64,000 nucleotides of DNA, from assembly GCA_963836235.1 (NCBI GenBank), contig CAWIIP010000002.1, positions 1,344,001-1,408,000 on the forward strand, written 5' to 3'. Source of the DNA: an uncultured Pseudomonadota bacterium. Lineage in GTDB: Bacteria; Oederibacteriota; Muellerivitia; Muellerivitales; Muellerivitaceae. The stretch's first letter is position 1; each line of letters starts with the position of its first letter. Below, one piece after another: positions 59,401 through 64,000 of the stretch. The notes below the pieces were generated by a model. It made no database searches. It was not told where the DNA came from and saw nothing but the letters and a program-made list of their open reading frames with translations. The position numbers and the translations under genes were made by a program.

Positions 59401-59630
59401 ATGCTTTGGATGCCCATCACCGCGTCCTCGACGATGTCCACGATGGAGGTTTCAATCACCTCCGGGGCCGCCCCCTCCAGGCGGATGTTGACGGAAACAA
59501 CGGGATAATCCACGTCCGGAAGCTGGCTGATCCCCATGCGCATAAAGCAGATGCCGCCGAAAACGATCAGTCCGGCCATGAGCATCCAAGCGAATACGGG
59601 CCGCTTAATGGAGAGTTCGGATAAAGTCAT
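56478..59630 (-). CDS. RND efflux permease (AcrB/MdtB-like)
   Basis: SIKRPVFA, IVVDDAI..LEN, GIVKKNSILLVDF, RLRPILMT. Confidence 0.96.
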   Translation of the reverse strand: MTLSELSIKRPVFAWMLMAGLIVFGGICFMRMGISQLPDVDYPVVSVNIRLEGAAPEVIETSIVDIVEDAVMGIQSIRNVTSESEDSEGTITIEFELDRNIDLAIQDVQAKVDSVLQKLPKEITSPTIRKSNPEDQPILSLTLSSAQYAPKDLMAFVNDRLKDQFSMVAGVGDITLGGYRDPNLRVWVDGKALNRYNLTVNDVINTIQNEHMESPSGQLEDGKRQLNVRTMGEAKTIDEFGDLLINQRGGQPNYIPIHLKQVARVEEGTADALSLSRAMGVPCVALNILKQRGSNAVAVAKAVRAKVVEIQKGLPEGMNLAVNFDSTLYIERAVKELNFTLLLSALLTALVCWMFLGSWSSTLNVILAIPTSVVGSFIVLYFAGFTLNTFTLLGLSLSIGIVVDDAIMVLENIIRHQEKGKSRFKAALDGSREITFAAIAATLSIVAIFLPVAFMSGVIGKFFFQFGVTITVAVLLSLLEALTLTPMRCSQFVDISPRHTRLGRLMEWLFEVTARLYALTLARALAHRGKVILASLLVFGLSCSAYLALNKEFIPPEDQSRFNIRLKTPDGSALSYSDLKFSLVEKFLASRPEIDRYVLQVGGGSPGDSNGGSVLVTMKDPGERGKDPEAGRELTQQEFMGVCRKELKKIPDVRVVIQDLSTKAFTASRGFPVEFTVQGPEWDQLANYTKQIVEELDQSGYVTDLDTNYALGQPELHVVPDRKKASDYGVSIASISQTVEAMIGGLLVGTYEKGGHRYDIRLKLEDNSEAPQAKVKGLFVRNNRGELVSLSQLVTMEEQTGMVSIWRSNRERSITVYANVKAGESQQKALQAAQEAAKRILPPEYHVTLTGSSQTFAESLQSLGWVMLLGILVAYMVLASQFNSFIDPLSVLMALPFSVSGALIALLAAHRSINIYSVIGLILLMGIVKKNSILLVDFTNQVRAKAKGKGSVLNALLEACPIRLRPILMTSVATIAGAVPAALSLGPGAESRTPMAVAVIGGVLVSTLLTLYVVPCVYLVLSRFDKRGTSEEKESKPLHRETRKKATPKN

Positions 59631-59725
59631 TATGGTTCCGAGATGTTGAGGTTTTAGATAGGGCAGTTTATAGGTATTTTAGCGGGAGAAAGTGTTAATT
59701 TTGAAAAGGCGGCGTTTTGGGCGAT

Positions 59726-59887
59726 CTAATCTAGAATTCCAGAATCCGTGGATTGGACATATCCCGACCAACTGTCCTGGATCGTCAGTCCGAAAACCTC
59801 ATGGACAGACCGAACATAAGCCTGATCGTTTCGTTTTGGGTGGTATTTGACGAGAGTGCCGTCGATGTCGAAAACAACCAAGTTTAT
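59726..59887 (-). pseudogene. 5' fragment of the HAD gene (diverged copy)
   Basis: 53 codons matching 56435-56277, ATG replaced by ATA, then TAG. Confidence 0.9.
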
Positions 59888-59970
59888 CAACGGCTCCCCA
59901 TTCCGTATTATTTGCGAACCATCAAGTTCCAAGTAATTTGGTAAATAGTCATAGTCACTGAAGCAGGAGA

Positions 59971-60423
59971 TTAATTGCTGAATTTCCAAAACTTAGCTAT
60001 TAAAAAAACGACAATAAAACTTAGAAAAGCCATCGGCGGAATGTATAAAACTACCAACGAATAGGTTGAGTTAATTTGAAACAAGGTGATCAAAATGAAG
60101 AGTTCGACTAAACCGACTAAAACAAAAGTTCCTAATCTTGCAACACCAAGCAATCTTTCATTCAAGTTATTCCTAAAAGAGACCAGTAACAACTGATAAT
60201 GAACCCAAGCAAAAAAATAAATAACCAAGAAGATCATTCCACAAGCTGGTAGGGTAACAAAAACAATATGGAATGAATCACCGAAACCATTTTTATAGCC
60301 TTCAACCAAAAACAACTCCAAAAGATAGAGCAAAGCCCCAATCCCAATGATTTGAGTTAAAGGAGTAATTATTTTGAATTTTTCCAAACTTAACACCTCC
60401 CTATATTGGACTCGAACCCTCAT
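59971..60423 (-). CDS. AT-rich four-TM hypothetical protein
   Basis: Four hydrophobic segments; start uncertain. Confidence 0.55.
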   Translation of the reverse strand: MRVRVQYREVLSLEKFKIITPLTQIIGIGALLYLLELFLVEGYKNGFGDSFHIVFVTLPACGMIFLVIYFFAWVHYQLLLVSFRNNLNERLLGVARLGTFVLVGLVELFILITLFQINSTYSLVVLYIPPMAFLSFIVVFLIAKFWKFSN

Positions 60424-60443
60424 ATCATAACTTTTGAACCACC

Positions 60444-60594
60444 CTTTAAACCCCAGGTATTCCCTCTTTGCCCTCGGGGATGGTGATGGAAGAACCCCCA
60501 AAGGCCTTGCCCACGGGCTCAGCCTCGCCGCCCAAATGCTGTTTCAAGAAAGCCTCGGTCACCGCCATGAAGGCTAGGTTGTTTTGGGGCCGGG
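60444..60594 (-). repeat. Diverged duplicate of the S9 peptidase 3' end
   Basis: 151-bp copy of 61485-61635 with 11 mismatches. Confidence 0.95.
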
Positions 60595-60627
60595 TACCGA
60601 AAATCCTTTTTCGAATCTTGAGATTGG

Positions 60628-60987
60628 TTATGTGTCCGGCAGATAACCGGCCATGCCCATGACGGCCAACAAACCATGCTCCACGGCGGCCATTTCATCG
60701 GTCGTAAGGGCCGCGAGAGGGCCTTCCCCAAAACGGCGGCGGTCCAAGGTCATGGGTTTTTCGACGATCACTTGGCTTTCCTTCAACAGCCTGTCACGGA
60801 CCGGGACGGTTATGCGTAAGTGTTGAACACCCGGGCGGATTTGGGAGGTCAGCGGGAGGACAATGAGGGTTTCCGAATTTTCCTGGTTGAGCGAATCGTC
60901 CTGGAGTATGAGGACCGGACGGGTTTTGCCTACTTCCCCGCTTTGGGACTGACTTAGCCGGGCCACCCATATTTCTCCCCGCCTCAT
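60628..60987 (-). CDS. PemK/MazF family toxin
   Basis: MRRGEIWVA...GEVGKTRPVLILQ...VLPLTS. Confidence 0.92.
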   Translation of the reverse strand: MRRGEIWVARLSQSQSGEVGKTRPVLILQDDSLNQENSETLIVLPLTSQIRPGVQHLRITVPVRDRLLKESQVIVEKPMTLDRRRFGEGPLAALTTDEMAAVEHGLLAVMGMAGYLPDT

Positions 60988-61295
60988 TTCCACCACCGAT
61001 CATCCTTACCTTCGGGCGAAGACCCATAGGGTGCCGGACTTTCACCCAGCTCAAGCGCTTCATTCTCGGCGGGCAGGAATTCCTCGGCCATGGCTAGGTC
61101 TTCTTGCCGGGCTTCCGGTGTTAGGCTTTTCATTTCCTTGACCATTGCCTGGATTACCCGGTCCTTTTTACGCTGTTTCAAGTAGGCTTGGAGCACCTGG
61201 CGAACCAAATCCGAACGGGATATCTTTTCCATTTGGATTTCTTGTTCCAGGAGCTTTTCCAATTTTTCATCAAGCCGGATGGTAACGGAGTTCAT
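60984..61295 (-). CDS. RHH/CopG antitoxin
   Basis: VTIRLD...SRSDLVRQVL; ATGA overlap with the toxin. Confidence 0.88.
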   Translation of the reverse strand: MNSVTIRLDEKLEKLLEQEIQMEKISRSDLVRQVLQAYLKQRKKDRVIQAMVKEMKSLTPEARQEDLAMAEEFLPAENEALELGESPAPYGSSPEGKDDRWWK

Positions 61296-61314
61296 GGCTT
61301 ACACCTCAAATACA

Positions 61315-61353
61315 ATTTGTAATACATATGATAAACATAATTGTATTACAAAT
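61315..61353. promoter_or_regulatory. TA operator inverted repeat
   Basis: ATTTGTAATACA-N15-TGTATTACAAAT, perfect 12-bp arms. Confidence 0.75.
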
Positions 61354-61486
61354 CAATTAACTTGATAAGGTGATATCGCACCCGTTTTTACAAAATTTTT
61401 GTAAAAAGGCCCGTTACTAGATATCTAAAAAGACAGATGTTTTTGAGAAATCGTGGCGGGGGTCAAAATGGATATTTTTGCAGTCT

Positions 61487-63403
61487 TTAAACCCCTGGTA
61501 TCCCCTCTTTGCCCTCAGGGATGGTGATGGAAGAACCCTCAAAGGCCTTGCCCACGGGCTCGGCCTCGCCGCCCAAATGCTGTTTCAAAAAGGCCTCCGT
61601 GACCGCCATGAAGGCTAGGTTGTTCTGGGGCCTGGCGAAGCCATGGCCTTCGTCCGGATAAAGCACATAGGTCACGGGGATTCCCTTGTCCTTCATGGCC
61701 TTCACAATCTGGTCCGATTCGGCCTGTTTGACCCGGGGGTCGTTGGCCCCCTGGGCGATCAGGAGGGGTTTCTTGATCTTCTCCACGTGGCTCAAGGGGG
61801 ACCGGTCTTCCAACAGTTTCTTTCCCTCAGACGTCCTGGGGTCGCCCATGCGGGTATAGAAAAGCTGGAGGCCGGATGTCCAATAGGGGGGAATGGACGA
61901 AAGCAAGGTGTTCAGGTTGCTCGGGCCCACAATATCCACGCCGCAGGCGAAGAGGTCCGGCGTGAAGGTTAGCCCAGCCAACGTGGCATAGCCCCCGTAG
62001 GAGCCGCCCATGATGGCGATTTTCTTAGGGTCGGCGATTTTTTCCCGAATGGCCCATTCCACCGCGTCGATCAGGTCCTCATGCATCTTGCGGCCCCATT
62101 CCAGGTTACCCGCGTTCACGAATTTTTTCCCGAAGCCGGTCGATCCCCGGAAATTGACGGACAAGACCGCGTAACCCCGGTCCGCCAAAAGCTGGTGGGT
62201 GGGGTTGAAGCCCCAGGAATCCCGGTGCCAGGGCCCGCCGTGGACATCCAAAACCATGGGCAGGGGTTTGGCGGGTTTCTCCCCCTTCTCCTCCCGCGGC
62301 AGGCTCAGGTAACTCACCAACTTGTAGCCATCTCGAGAGGATAAAACCAATGGGCGCATCTTCGCCAGGGGCTTCCCCACCAGGGCCTTGCGGCTCACCA
62401 TGAGAAGCTTGAGGCTCTTGGCCGGGCGGTCGTATAAAAAAAAGGAACTGGGGCCGTCGTCCTGCCATTCCACCACCACCCATTTCTGGTCGTTCTTGGT
62501 GCGGCTCATGATCTCGAAATCGCCCCTGACCTGCTTTTGAAGGAATTCAAAATCGCCTTTCAGCTTGGGTTCGAGCACCTTCCAGGCCTGGCGCTCGTAA
62601 TAAAAGGCGACCGCTTCCAGTTCCCCGGTCAAGTGGTTCCTCAAAACCCGGCCCACGTCGGACTTGTCGTCCGCGATCACCATTTCCCGGGTGCCTTTCT
62701 CCAGGTTCCAGCGATAAAGCGCCCCCGTATCCCGGCCGGAGCTGTCGGTAAAATAAAGGCTTTTCCCCGACTTGGGAAAGCCCGTCGGCCCCGTGGTCAT
62801 GGTGTCTTCCTCGGCCACCTCGACGAATTTTTTCATCTCGCCGGAAGCCGTCTTTTCAAAATACTGGATGCCCCCGTCGGCCTTGAACTTGGAAGCCAGC
62901 CGCACCTTCAGGTCCATATCGCAGGTGAAGTCCATGTATTCCTGGTCGTTGCGGAAAACCTCGGTAAGCTTTCCCGTTGGCAGGTCCAGCAGGTGGACGT
63001 CATGGAAGCGCTCGTCCCGGTTGTTCAGGCCCACCAGCAGTTTGTCCGGCTGGTCAAAGGACCCACCCATGATTTGGGCGGTCGTTTTGGGAAAAGGCGT
63101 CAGATCCCGGTCTTCCCCGCCCCCTACCGGCACCAGGTGGATGTGCCAGTTCTCGTCCCCGTCCAGGTCCTGGGCGTAACACAAATTCCGACTGTCCACC
63201 GTCCAACCATGGGACCGGATGCCCCGCTTGCGGTCGCGGGTGATGGCCTTGGCCTCACTCAGCTTGTCCACCGGCGCCACCCAGATATTCAGGACGCCTT
63301 CGTCCGGGGCGATATAGCTGATCCATTGCCCGTCGGGGCTGATGTTGACCTGCATCACGTCGGGATTGCCGAACAACAGTTCACGGGGGATAAGGTTTGG
63401 CAC
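61487..63403 (-). CDS. S9 family peptidase
   Basis: HGGPW, GGSYGG, GANDPRV, DEGHGF. Confidence 0.95.
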   Translation of the reverse strand: MPNLIPRELLFGNPDVMQVNISPDGQWISYIAPDEGVLNIWVAPVDKLSEAKAITRDRKRGIRSHGWTVDSRNLCYAQDLDGDENWHIHLVPVGGGEDRDLTPFPKTTAQIMGGSFDQPDKLLVGLNNRDERFHDVHLLDLPTGKLTEVFRNDQEYMDFTCDMDLKVRLASKFKADGGIQYFEKTASGEMKKFVEVAEEDTMTTGPTGFPKSGKSLYFTDSSGRDTGALYRWNLEKGTREMVIADDKSDVGRVLRNHLTGELEAVAFYYERQAWKVLEPKLKGDFEFLQKQVRGDFEIMSRTKNDQKWVVVEWQDDGPSSFFLYDRPAKSLKLLMVSRKALVGKPLAKMRPLVLSSRDGYKLVSYLSLPREEKGEKPAKPLPMVLDVHGGPWHRDSWGFNPTHQLLADRGYAVLSVNFRGSTGFGKKFVNAGNLEWGRKMHEDLIDAVEWAIREKIADPKKIAIMGGSYGGYATLAGLTFTPDLFACGVDIVGPSNLNTLLSSIPPYWTSGLQLFYTRMGDPRTSEGKKLLEDRSPLSHVEKIKKPLLIAQGANDPRVKQAESDQIVKAMKDKGIPVTYVLYPDEGHGFARPQNNLAFMAVTEAFLKQHLGGEAEPVGKAFEGSSITIPEGKEGIPGV

Positions 63404-63501
63404 GGGAGCTCCTTGGGATTAGACTTGGGCGGTCGGATAGGCTCAAATCATACGCAAGCCGTCGCTCAAGAATCAAATTGATTAAGGACTAAAAAAATTC
63501 T

Positions 63502-63605
63502 CACCACGGAGATCATGGAGTACACGAAGTTTTAAAGCAAAGATTTGGTCTTTATTTTTAAAAATCCTTAAGCTTTACTCTGTGATCTCCGTGACTTCTG
63601 TGGTT
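63502..63605. repeat. REP-like inverted repeat
   Basis: ACCACGGAGATCATGGAG / CTCTGTGATCTCCGTGACTTCTGTGGT. Confidence 0.65.
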
Positions 63606-63622
63606 AATTTAAGGAGTTTCCT

Positions 63623-64000
63623 ATGGAACGCAGGGAAGAAAAACTTTTCGGCGCCACTTATTCCAACCGCCAATTGCTCGGCGGATTTTGGAAGCTGGCC
63701 AAACCCTTTTGGTTTTCGGAAGAACGCTGGCCCGCCTTGGGCATCCTTTCACTGGTCGTTGTTTTGACCTTGTTCTCGGTTTTTGTCACGGTCCAGTTCA
63801 ACAGCTGGTATCAAACCACTTGGGACGATCTTCAAAAATTCGACTTAAAAGGCTTTGAAAACCAGATGCTGATGTTCTGCCTGCTCGGGGCTTTGAATGT
63901 CTTGTCGGGGGTTCTGGGGCAGTTTTTCACCCTGCAGCTCCAGAACCGTTGGCGCCTCTGGATGACCCGCCGGTTCCTGGAACATTGGCTTTCGGAGAAA
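63623..64000 (+). CDS. YddA/BacA-like ABC transporter permease, partial (runs off the window end)
   Basis: AAGGAG RBS; MERREEK...FWKLAKPFWFSEERW...FNSWY...LQNRWRLWMTRRFLEHWL (translated by hand). Confidence 0.8.
   Translation, partial: MERREEKLFGATYSNRQLLGGFWKLAKPFWFSEERWPALGILSLVVVLTLFSVFVTVQFNSWYQTTWDDLQKFDLKGFENQMLMFCLLGALNVLSGVLGQFFTLQLQNRWRLWMTRRFLEHWLSEK

Noticed and set aside
59726-59989. 87-aa ORF as a real gene
   Set aside because: Chimera of intergenic sequence and the HAD 5' fragment.
60444-61635. DGR template/variable repeat pair (also considered for the HAD and DUF2971 duplicates)
   Set aside because: Mismatches are not adenine-specific and are mostly synonymous; no reverse transcriptase is in the window.
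1-64000. Taxonomic assignment (Thr-rich stalks and gene style recall some uncultured diderm candidate phyla)
   Set aside because: No rRNA or standard marker analysis is possible here; impression only.

Overview
64 kb of GC-rich diderm bacterial chromosome (mscL, mprF, pdxH, leuCD, a sigma70-hspR-degP operon, an RND permease, an S9 peptidase). It is interrupted by a ~20 kb composite integrative element (11083-31031) inserted at the anticodon loop of tRNA-Ser(CGA). Unusually, the 5' half of the tRNA is duplicated: the native 5' half is stranded at 11085-11125 and the element rebuilds the tRNA at 30991-31080. The element appears to be two related units in tandem, because its left-end arm recurs at 24587-24790. 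Cargo includes a self-regulated nitric-oxide detoxification regulon (qNOR, Ric, two hemerythrins, a Crp/Fnr regulator and three GTGA-N6-TCAC boxes), two Fic genes with their own direct-repeat arrays, DUF2971 (one intact, one pseudogene) and an AT-rich three-gene TIGR04255-type operon that may be a chaperone-antitoxin-ADP-ribosyltransferase defence system. The mobility module is a truncated coupling protein, a Replic_Relax relaxase, xis and a tyrosine integrase. A lone large serine recombinase converges on the same tRNA from the other side. Elsewhere there are integrase-free insertions flanked by diverged gene-fragment duplications, an in-frame palindromic insertion in trmL, a split GT4, and a FecR/beta-barrel/Thr-rich lipoprotein operon. 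All family calls come from motif recognition by eye; no database search was run.
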